Assembly: GCA_002269645.1 (NCBI GenBank)
Contig: NIVC01000020.1
Coordinates: forward strand, 1,426,001-1,490,000
DNA length: 64,000 nucleotides
Reading direction: 5' to 3'
Origin: Macrostomum lignano
Taxonomy: Eukaryota
A program made the translations under genes and the position numbers. Under the pieces are notes generated by a model, which did not search any database, was not told the origin of the DNA, and saw only the letters and a list, made by a program, of their open reading frames with translations. Shown piece by piece: positions 35,805-45,997 of this stretch (the stretch's first letter is position 1; the number at the start of each line of letters is the position of its first letter).

Positions 35805-36438
35805 CGACCTGTTGATTCATATTTTGCACTGCTCAATTGCTCATTTTTTCTCTGTAAAATGAAATAAAAACAATAAATCTTTTCGCGCGATATTTTTTCA
35901 AAAATATATTCGAATAACCTCATTGAAATAGTTGATCATCGTTTTTTTATTTCTGAGTTCCGAATTGGATTGTAAAGTTTCTGTTGTCCTTGCATTTCGT
36001 TAACCTTGCCGCGCCGGCGCTGGCCTTGATGCAGTAAGAGTTTGCAAAATAGTCAAGGCTATTTTTAGAAACCATTGTTGTGAACTTCAAACAGAAGAGC
36101 TAATAGTGTCTAATAGAGGCACAACCCTTTTGCTTATTAAACACTACTAAGCAAAAGGGTTGTTGCTTAAGGGTTGGTCAGCCTATGCTGACCAACCCCA
36201 AATGTCCATCCAGGCACCTGACGTCAGAGCCTCTTAGGTAGGCACTAATGTCAAGGTACTTGAGGTTTTTTATTTATTCCTGATCATTTTTTATTCCGTG
36301 TTATTGGAACTGCGCCCTCTGGCTCTGTGCTTATTATATGTAATAATATCTCACAGCCAGTCTCTAACTCGTTCCATTTTTTAGCTACTGATACACTTGT
36401 CAATGCAGTGCAGACTTGCCAGTGCTTAGTGCTCAGTC

Positions 36439-37128
36439 ATGCCCAGCCAGGTCGTCCAGGAGATCCGCTGCTGGCAGGGCGACCCAGCCGTCAAAAAGTT
36501 CATCGAGTCCGCCTGCTCGAAGTCGACCAGCCTGCAGGCGTTCTTCAGCGAGCGCAAGCATCAGCGACTATTGAAGAAGTTCCACGATCAGAAGCCGCAG
36601 AAGTTCGAGCGCAACCAGCTGCTGGATGCCCTGCAGCACCTCCGGAACTGCCTGAGTCAGCGGCAACAGCGCGAGAACGCCGCCGGAAGCGCCGCCGGAA
36701 GCGTCGCCGGAAGCGCCGCCGGAAGCGCCACTGGAAGCGCCACCGGAAGCGTCGAAACCGGCTACTGCAGCGTGAGCACCAGCTCAAGTCTTCCCTTGGA
36801 CGCGGCTGCCGACCCATCGCTCGGCGGGCCCCCGGCCTCCGTTCTCAGCCCGGTGGATCCGCAGCCGGCCGAGCCTGTCTACGACGAGCTGTACCCGCGC
36901 CGGCGGCTCCCTGCGGCGCCAGCAGATGTTGAAGCGCCGAAGCCGCGGTCTCGCGCCTCCCTGGCGACGCCTGGCGCCAATCTGGTGGGCTGCGCCTCGC
37001 CAACTCCGCCGGTGCCGGCGCCGCGAGCCTCAAGTGACGCGCGCTGGCGGCAGAGTGGCGTCATCAATATTTCTATAAAATGCCCTGTCCAGCTGCAGAC
37101 TGAGTGTTATCAAGGACGACTGAACTAA
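36439..37128 (+). CDS. Cluster paralogue P3 (229 aa, intronless), unknown function
   Basis: N-domain WQGDPAVKKFI...LQHLR, an (AAGS)n 12-bp coding repeat, ETGYCS and C-terminal QSGVINISI. Confidence 0.8.
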   Translation: MPSQVVQEIRCWQGDPAVKKFIESACSKSTSLQAFFSERKHQRLLKKFHDQKPQKFERNQLLDALQHLRNCLSQRQQRENAAGSAAGSVAGSAAGSATGSATGSVETGYCSVSTSSSLPLDAAADPSLGGPPASVLSPVDPQPAEPVYDELYPRRRLPAAPADVEAPKPRSRASLATPGANLVGCASPTPPVPAPRASSDARWRQSGVINISIKCPVQLQTECYQGRLN

Positions 37129-37583
37129 GGAGGAAGGGACACTTAAAGGAAAATATGTAGTTGACTTTCTAATCGTCAGGGCATGTGCGCTCTCTGTGTC
37201 TTGGGGAGTGTCTCTCGTGTGCGGATTGCAGGACAACCCCCGGTCAATTTTCGTGCGCGAGCCCCAAGTGAATGCGACTGTTGCTCTTGGCTTTCATATC
37301 CCTGATTTTTTAGCGAAATTAGAGTCCAATTCTGCATCATTTTGACAGCTTGTCACCTCACGGTTCGTGTAAATCAATTGTTCAAGTATAGCGGATTTTG
37401 AATTGCTATGCAGTTTCATGCGATCTTGCCTGTAGTTTTTGCAGTTCATTTTTTTCAATTTAAGCGTACTGTTGATAAGGCACTTAGTAAGCCCCCACTA
37501 GTCAGTTTCTAATTATAGACCTGTTGTGCATTTAGTAATTTGCACGAGCGCTCTCTTTTCCAGCTGTGCCAACAGCCATTGCA

Positions 37584-38489
37584 ATGAGCTCCAATGCGCT
37601 GCTTCTGATTGACATCGTCCGCGACTCGGGCGGCAACCGGGAGGCCGGGAATTTCGTCATCAAGAACTTGCCGAAGAACCTCACGGCGAAAGACTTCCTG
37701 GACAAGAACTACAGCAGGCGGCTGTCTCGTCAGTTCGAGGGCATCAAGAAACAGCCGTGCTCGCAGCGGGAGTTCCAGCAGCTCCTCGGCAAAATGAGGC
37801 GGCTCAGCCAGGCCTCAGTGAGCGGCGGCGAGCGAGACTCCGCCTACGACAGCTCGACAATTTCATCCCGCGCCTCCGGTGCCAACCAGCTGGTGGCGGC
37901 AAAGGCGGCGAAGGCGGCGGAGGCGGCGAAGGCGGCGGAGGCGGCCAAGGCGGAGGCGGCCAAGGCGGAGGCGGCCAAGGCGGAGGCGGCCAAGGCGGAG
38001 GCGGCCAAGGCGGAGGCGGCCATGGCGGAGGCGGCCAAGGCGGAGGCGGCCAAGGCGGAGGCGGCCAAGGCGGAGGCGGCCAAGGCGGAGGCGGCCAAGG
38101 CGGAGGCGGCCAAGGCGGAGGCGGCCATGGCGGAGGCGGCCAAGGCGGAGGCGGCCAAGGCGGAGGCGGCCAAGGCGGAGGCGGCCAAAGGCAACTGGGA
38201 AGCCACGCGTGTGGTGCAGCCGGCGCAGCGGCTCGGAGCTCCGCCGCCGATTCTGACGCCGGGCTCGGAGAGGCCCGGAGACGAGCCGCAGCGGTTGGCT
38301 CAGCCGCGGCTGCCCACGGTGCCACCGCAGGTGGCAGATCGGCAGCAGCCGCCGCCTCCGCCGCCGCCATCAGCACCGGCACCGCAGCCGCAGCCGCAGC
38401 CGCAAGCGATCTTCAGGCCAGGCAGAGTCAGGCAGAGCGGTGCCATCAACATCGTGGGCCACAGGACCAGCATCGCGGTGCGTGACTAA
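37584..38489 (+). CDS. Cluster paralogue P4 (~301 aa, intronless) with an (AEAAK)n repeat
   Basis: ATG at 37584 (the track start at 37566 is GTG). Diverged N-domain ending EFQQLLGKMRR, DSAYDS, about 18 AEAAK/M units, and C-terminal QSGAINIVGHRTSIAV. AATAAA follows at ~38594. Confidence 0.75.
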   Translation: MSSNALLLIDIVRDSGGNREAGNFVIKNLPKNLTAKDFLDKNYSRRLSRQFEGIKKQPCSQREFQQLLGKMRRLSQASVSGGERDSAYDSSTISSRASGANQLVAAKAAKAAEAAKAAEAAKAEAAKAEAAKAEAAKAEAAKAEAAMAEAAKAEAAKAEAAKAEAAKAEAAKAEAAKAEAAMAEAAKAEAAKAEAAKAEAAKGNWEATRVVQPAQRLGAPPPILTPGSERPGDEPQRLAQPRLPTVPPQVADRQQPPPPPPPSAPAPQPQPQPQAIFRPGRVRQSGAINIVGHRTSIAVRD

Positions 38490-38924
38490 GCGGAGATTTA
38501 AAGCCGGTGAACTGCGCTGTACATTAACTTTTCTGAATGCCAAACTGACATTTGCCCATTGATTGACCTTGCGTACATATTCAGCCTGAGAAAAATAAAT
38601 TTATGATTCAGACAAAATGTAAACTTCGTTTCTGTTGCAAATAGTACGGTCACGCATTTCTGTTACTTGAAGAAGAGCATCAAAGCAGATGGGACTGCTA
38701 CAGTGCAGTGGCAGCGCTAACGAGCTGCTCCGCTCAAGCTCGAAAATGCGAATTACTTGAGCCCCGGATTTTCAAAAAAGTATCGCTCCGCACAAAGCTC
38801 CCCCGGCCTCCGCATGCCTTTGTTCCTGCCAAGCACCTGGAAACGTTGAGTTCAGACCGAATTTGCAGCCTGCCTGCCTCCTCACCTGCTGCTCTTCACT
38901 GATAAACACCTTGTTAGCTCAGAC

Positions 38925-40415
38925 TGCCTTCTGCCCTCTGCTCTGCCCTCTGCTCTGCCTTCTACTCTGCCCTCTGCTCTGCCCTCTGCTCTGCCTTCTG
39001 CTCTGCCTTCTGCTCTGCCTTCTGATCTGCCCTCTGCTCTGCCCTCTGCTCTGCCCTCTGCTCTGCCTTCTGCTCTGCCCTCTGCTCTGCCCTCTGCTCT
39101 GCCTTCTGCTCTGCCTTCTGCTCTGCCTTCTGATCTGCCCTCTGCTCTGCCTTCTGCTCTGCCTTCTGCTCTGCCTTCTGCTCTGCCTTCTACTCTGCCC
39201 TCTGCTCTGCCCTCTGCTCTGCCTTCTGCTCTGCCTTCTGCTCTGCCTTCTGATCTGCCCTCTGCTCTGCCCTCTGCTCTGCCCTCTGCTCTGCCCTCTG
39301 CTCTGCCCTCTGCTCTGCCCTCTGCTCTGCCCTCTGCTCTGCCTTCTGCTCTGCCCTCTGCTCTGCCCTCTGCTCTGCCTTCTGCTCTGCCTTCTGCTCT
39401 GCCTTCTGATCTGCCCTCTGCTCTGCCTTCTGCTCTGCATTCTGCTCTGCCTTCTACTCTGCCCTCTGCTCTGCCCTCTGCTCTGCCTTCTGCTCTGCCT
39501 TCTGCTCTGCCTTCTGATCTGCCCTCTGCTCTGCCCTCTGCTCTGCCCTCTGCTCTGCCTTCTGCTCTGCCCTCTGCTCTGCCCTCTGCTCTGCCTTCTG
39601 CTCTGCCTTCTGCTCTGCCTTCTGATCTGCCCTCTGCTCTGCCTTCTGCTCTGCCTTCTGCTCTGCCTTCTGCTCTGCCTTCTGCTCTGCCTTCTGATCT
39701 GCCTTCTGCTCTGCATTCTGCTCTGCCTTCTGCTCTGCCTTCTGCTCTGCCTTCTGATCTGCTTCTGCTCTGCCTTCTGCTCTGCCCTCTGCTCTGCCTT
39801 CTGCTCTGCCTTCTGCTCTGCCCTCTGCTCTGCCTTCTGCTCTGCCTTCTGCTCTGCCCTCTGCTCTGCCTTCTGATCTGCCTTCTGCTCTGCATTCTGC
39901 TCTGCCTTCTGCTCTGCCTTCTGATCTGCTTCTGCTCTGCCTTCTGCTCTGCCTTCTGCTCTGCCTTCTGCTCTGCCTTCTGCTCTGCCTTCTGATCTGC
40001 CCTCTGCTCTGCCTTCTGCTCTGCCTTCTGCTCTGCCTTCTGCTCTGCCTTCTGCTCTGCATTCTGCTCTGCCTTCTGATCTGCCTTCTGCTCTGCATTC
40101 TGCTCTGCCTTCTGCTCTGACTTCTGATCTGCTTCTGCTCTGCCTTCTGCTCTGCCTTCTGATCTGCTTCTGATCTGCCTTCTGCTCTGCCTTCTGCTCT
40201 GCCCTCTGCTCTGCCTTCTGCTCTGCCCTCTGCTCTGCCTTCTGCTCTGCCTTCTGCTCTGCCCTCTGCTCTGCCTTCTGATCTGCCTTCTGCTCTGCAT
40301 TCTGCTCTGCCTTCTGATCTGCTTCTGCTCTGCCTTCTGCTCTGCCTTCTGCTCTGCCTTCTGCTCTGCCTTCTGCTCTGCCTTCTGATCTGCCCTCTGC
40401 TCTGCCTTCTGCTCT
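38925..40415. repeat. Minisatellite, 12-bp unit CTGCTCTGCC(T/C)T
   Basis: About 120 copies. Confidence 0.97.
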
Positions 40416-41159
40416 CTCCTCCTCCCTTACCTTCTTGAGACTTCTTGACCCCCCCCCACAGCCTCAGATCTCAGATCTCAGGTCTCAGCAGCCCCAGCTC
40501 CGCCATCTCAGCAGCTGCCCCATCCCGCAAAATGTGAAAGGCCTCGGCAGACCAAAGCAAGCAGTGGTGGGAAAATTCTCCCAACATGGGAGGCTGACCG
40601 GACGCTGCCGAGAAGCTGTCTCCACTGTTTTATCGCGAGTTGGTGCGGCGGCAGGCCGATCAGAATAAATTGCTTATCCAAGCACCGAAGCAGCTGCCGC
40701 CTGTTTATTCAGAATTTATCAGCCCGGCCGCTGCCGCTTTGCCGATCAAAGCGGAGCTCGGTTCGATTTTGCACTTTTAGCTGCGAAACAAAAATATTGG
40801 AGAAGGCGGATGAACTGAGCAATACGGAGAAGAGGTTTGAGCAGCAATGAGCCGCGCTGCACGAACCGAGTTATGAAAAACTGGCACTTCTCACCGCCAT
40901 TCTCTCCCAGCGGCCTCTGCGCCGCTTTCTTCGCCTTAACAGAGTGGGGAGGAGCGCGGGCCGAGGAGCGTCCCCATTCAGTCCGGGAAATATTAGATTT
41001 TGCAACCCCCCCCCCAACTGCAGCTCCCGCCGGGCTGGGTGTTGGGCACTCGTGTCATTTGCTTAATAATGGGGGGTCCACCTGCACTGCAGTGCGGCTC
41101 CCTGCGTGCGGGACTGCCTGGGTGCGAGCAGGGAGTGGGAGCGGCCAAGTGACAGTGTG

Positions 41160-42158
41160 TTATGAGCCTGTTACAGTGTGTTAGTAAGCCTGTTACAGTG
41201 TGTTTGCGAGCCTGTTACAGTGTGTTAGCGAGCCTGTTACAGTGTGTTAGTGAGCCTGTTACAGTGTGTTAGGGAGCCTGTTATACTGTGTTAGTAAGCC
41301 TGTTACAGTGTGTTAGTAAGCCTGTTACAGTGTGTTAGCGAGCCTGTTACAGTGTATTAGTGGTGCTCAAATTTACGGGAGGCTGTTACAGCAAGTGTTT
41401 AAGAGGCTGTTACAGCAGGTGTTCAAGAGGCTGTTACAGCAGGTGTTCAGGAGGCTGTTACAGTGTGTTAGTGAGTCTGTTACAGTGTATTAGGGATGCG
41501 AAAATTTTCGAGAGGCTGTTATAGCAGGTTTTCGGGAGGCTGTTACAGAAGGTGTCCGGGAGGCTGTTACAGAAGGTGTCCGGGAGGCTGTTACAGCAGG
41601 CGTTCGGGAGGCTGTTACAGAAGGTGTTCGGGAGGCTGTTACAGCAGGTGTTCGGGAGGCTGTTACAGCAGGTGTTCGGGAGGCTGTTACAGCAGGTGTT
41701 CGGGAGGCTGTTACAGCAAGTGTTCGGGAGGCTGTTACAGCAGGTGTTCGGGAGGCTGTTACAGCAGGTGTTCGGGAGGCTGTTACAGCAAGTGTTCGGG
41801 AGGCTGTTACAGCAGGTGTTCGGGAGGCTGTTACAGCAAGTGTTCGGGAGGCTGTTACAGCAAGTGTTCGGGAGGCTGTTACAGCAGGTGTTCGGGAGGC
41901 TGTTACAGCAAGTGTTCGGGAGGCTGTTATAACAGGTGTTCGGGAGGCTGTTACAGCAGGTGTTCGGGAGGCTGTTACAGCAAGTGTTCGGGAGGCTGTT
42001 ACAGCAGGTGTTCGGGAGGCTGTTACAGCAAGTGTTCGAGAGGCTGTTACAGCAGGTGTTCGGGAGGCTGTTACAGCAAGTGTTCGGGAGGCTGTTACAG
42101 CAAGTGTTCTGGAGGCTGTTACAGCAAGTGTTCTGGAGGCTGTTACAGCAAGTGTTCA
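41160..42158. repeat. Compound minisatellite: 22-bp GAGCCTGTTACAGTGTGTTAGC then 24-bp GGAGGCTGTTACAGCA(G/A)GTGTTCG
   Basis: Two adjoining arrays sharing the core CTGTTACAG. Confidence 0.95.
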
Positions 42159-42775
42159 GAAAGCCTCGGGTGCTGGATGGACACATCAATTCAATACCAG
42201 CTGTCTTCGGGCTGTGCTCTCGCATATATTTTGCACATTGTCCGTCTGTCTCTGCTCGGGCATCCGCGATTTCCCAGCATCACGTGATGGAGCCCTCAAA
42301 TTCAGGACGCCCGGCTGCATCAGATGAGGCTGGGCCAGATGGAGAAAGGTGGGGAGGGCTGAGCAGTTTGAGCTGCACGCTCATTTCACACCTGAATTTT
42401 CCCACGGATTAACCCACAGTTCGACACCTTGCCAGGGGATCTGGGGATGAGGCGGCAGGTAACGAGGGCAGCGGAACGATCCAGCATCTCCGAATCCCAG
42501 ACTCGATAATTCCATCATGCTTTATTGATGCCGAAGACTGCAGGACCTCCTCCCCAGTGATGGGGCGCGGAGGCTGGCATTCTTCTCTCTCTGTCAAAGG
42601 CTGCCAACAGTCAGTGCCGAGTAATCCCTGCTATTCGCATCCCCGGTAGAGCTGTCCTTGCTCCCGTGCTCACGTTCGGCCACCCTCGAACTGCCATTTT
42701 TATAACGGGCCTGTATACCCTGACCCCGTGTGTCTCAATCACTGACCCTCTCTCCCTCTATACCCCTGGGGTAGC

Positions 42776-43315
42776 TGCTGAGATGGGGAGATGCTAAGAT
42801 GGAGAGATGCTAAGATGGAGAGATGCTAAGATGGAGAGATGCTAAGATGGAGAGATGCTAAGATGGAGAGATGCTAAGATGGGAGATGCTAAGATGGGAC
42901 AGCTGCTGAGATGGGGAGATGCTGAGATGGGAAGATGCTAAGATGGGGAGATGCTTAGATGGGGAGATGCTATGGGGAGATGCTGAAATGGGGAGATGCT
43001 GAGATGGGGGAGATGCTGAGATGGGGAGATGCTAAGATGGGGAGATGCTAAGATGGGGAGATGCTAAGATGGGGAGATGCTAAGATGGGGAGATGCTAAG
43101 ATAGGGGAGCTGCTGAGATGGGGGAGCTGCTGAGATGGGGAGATGCTAAGATGAAAAGCTCTGAGATGGGGGAGATGCTGAGATGGGAACTCTGAGATGG
43201 GGAGATGCTGAGATGGGGGAGATGCTGAGATGGGGGAGATGCTGAGATGGGGGAGATGCTGAGATGGGGGAGATGCTGAGATGGGAGAGCTGCTGAGATG
43301 GGAGAGCTGCTGAGT
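42776..43315. repeat. Degenerate ~15-16-bp repeat GAGATGCT(A/G)AGATGGG
   Basis: Tandem copies with variable G-run length. Confidence 0.93.
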
Positions 43316-44142
43316 ATCAGTTTCTGTACACTGCTGCTTGTCTGCATCAGATGGAGGGGCAGGGGAGAGATGACGAGTCCCGCCTGTTGCCAGGCGGGCG
43401 CACAGGTAGGCGGGTCCAGTTTCCGACTAATTTCCTCGCCTCTCCGGGCGGGGCCTTGAGAGAGGCGGAGCCGCATTGGGGACCTGGCGGCAGTGCGATG
43501 TCGGGCTTGAATAGCTCAGGGCATCCGGCGTGTCCGCGCCGAGATGGGGCGGAGAGGTTGCAAGGCCGCTGGCTGCTGCATGGCACAGAGGCTTCAATTA
43601 GGCAGTTGTCTAACCCCAACTCCCGCTCTCCGGGCTTCATCGCTTTCATTGCCACTCAGAGGCCCCAGAATTGCAGGCGCAACATGCGGCGAGCATCTCA
43701 GGGCCACTCAGCCACCGCAGCCTGCCTGGCATCAAGCAAGTCTTGTTCCGCTTTCATCAGAGCCCGGCTGCTGCGGCTGTCAGTCAGGATTGTAAATTAT
43801 CGGACAGGTTCACCAGAGAGCAATTAGACTGATTGTAATTAATGTCGGGCCCCGTGGGCATCAGCGAGTCCGACAATTATGATGCAGGGCGGAGGCTGGA
43901 CAATGGCCGGTGATGGATCACCGGGGCTCAGAGAGCTCGGCGCACTGCACTGAGCAGACTTCGCAGGCCCAGCCCAGAGCTGGGAATGCACTTCATATTA
44001 GTGACTTCTCACCCAAGCCTCGGCCCCGTTAGTCAAGGCCGCGACAGGCCCTCAGGCAGTGCATTGATATGCTGGATAATTCCACATAGTGATGAGTACG
44101 TGTCATTATTGTTTGAGACAGGGTCTATTATTGAGACAGTGA

Positions 44143-44892
44143 AGAGCAGTGATGAGCAGTGATGAGCAGTGATGAGCAGAGATGAGCAGTGATGAGCAGT
44201 GATTAGCAGTGATTAGCAGTGATTAGCAGTGATGAGCAGTGATGAGCAGTGATGAGCAGTGATTAGCAGTGATGAGCAGTGATGAGCAGTGATGAGCAGT
44301 GATTAGCAGTGATGAGCAGTGATGAGCAGTGATGAGCAGTGATGAGCAGTGATGAGCAGAGATGAGCAGTGATGAGCAGTGATGAGCAGTGATGAGCAGT
44401 GATGAGCAGTGATGAGCAGTGATGAGCAGTGATGAGCAATGATGAGCAGTGATGAGCAGTGATGAGCAGTGATGAGCAGTGATGAGCAGTGATGAGCAGT
44501 GATTAGCAGTGATGAGCAGTGATGAGCAGTGATGAGCAGAGATAAGCAGTGATGAGCAGAGATGAGCAGTGATGAGCAGTGATGAGCAGTGATGAGCAGT
44601 GATGAGCAGTGATGAGCAGTGATGAGCAGTGATGAGCAATGATGAGCAGTGATGAGCAGTGATGAGCAGTGATGAGCAGTGATGAGCAGTGATGAGCAGT
44701 GATGAGCAGTGATGAGCAGTGATGAGCAGTGATGAGCAGTGATGAGCAGTGATGAGCAGTGATGAGCAGTGATGAGCAGTGATGAGCAGTGATGAGCAGT
44801 GATGAGCAGTGATGAGCAGTGATGAGCAGTGATGAGCAATGATGAGCAGTGATGAGCAGTGATGAGCAGTGATGAGCAGTGATGAGCAGTGA
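44143..44892. repeat. Minisatellite, 10-bp unit GATGAGCAGT
   Basis: About 75 copies. Confidence 0.97.
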
Positions 44893-45696
44893 AAGCAGAG
44901 TATGAAATTCGGCCTGGGGCTGGGAAGCCGTCCTGCGGCTCCTCGCAGCTGGAAGTCTTCAGCCGTGCGACCCATTTTCTGTTTCTAAGAAACAAAGGAT
45001 TACAGTGAGCCGGTCCCTGCGGCGGCAAGAGAAGCCATGGCGCTGGCGGGCGCCGCCCTGCAGACCCCCCGCCCAGCTCAACAGAGGCGGCACTAATGAA
45101 GCGGTAATTTGGGATCGCGAGCGGCAGAGCAGCAAGCACCGAAGTCTGCACTGGGAAGCGGCAAGAGGCTACTAAAGCACAGATCATTTACGATCCGAAA
45201 CTCCTATTCAGCAATGGAATAAGGCTATTCCTGGCATCATAAAAGAGCAGATCGTGGCCTGCTCACGAGTAGGAGAAGGCGAAGCTCAGGCTGGACTCTC
45301 AATTATTGCGGTCTGTCCACCACGGCCAGCCTCCTCCGAGATTTCCCCACTTGCCCCCCCAGTCTTCTCCGACGTCTCCGCCCCCCCCCCGAGAGCAGCC
45401 ACTGCTGCACTTTCAGCGCAGTTGCGACTTCTGGGCGATTTGCCAGACACCCCCGGTGCGGGGCGGCAGTGAGCACCGGCTTAGCGAGTCTCCGACCCCC
45501 CTCCTCCACCGATCCCCAGGGCCTGTCAGCTGCCAGTCAGTTGCAAAGCCCCGGAGTGCCTCCCCGCTGAGCTCTCCATGCCAGCAGATTGCCCGAGTGT
45601 AAACGGCCCGCTTAGCTCAGTAATCCTGAGCTTGGAACTGCAACCTCTGCAACTGCGGCGGATCAGCGCTGTCCTCAAATCTGGTCTACGCGGTCT

Positions 45697-45997
<301 letters not shown>

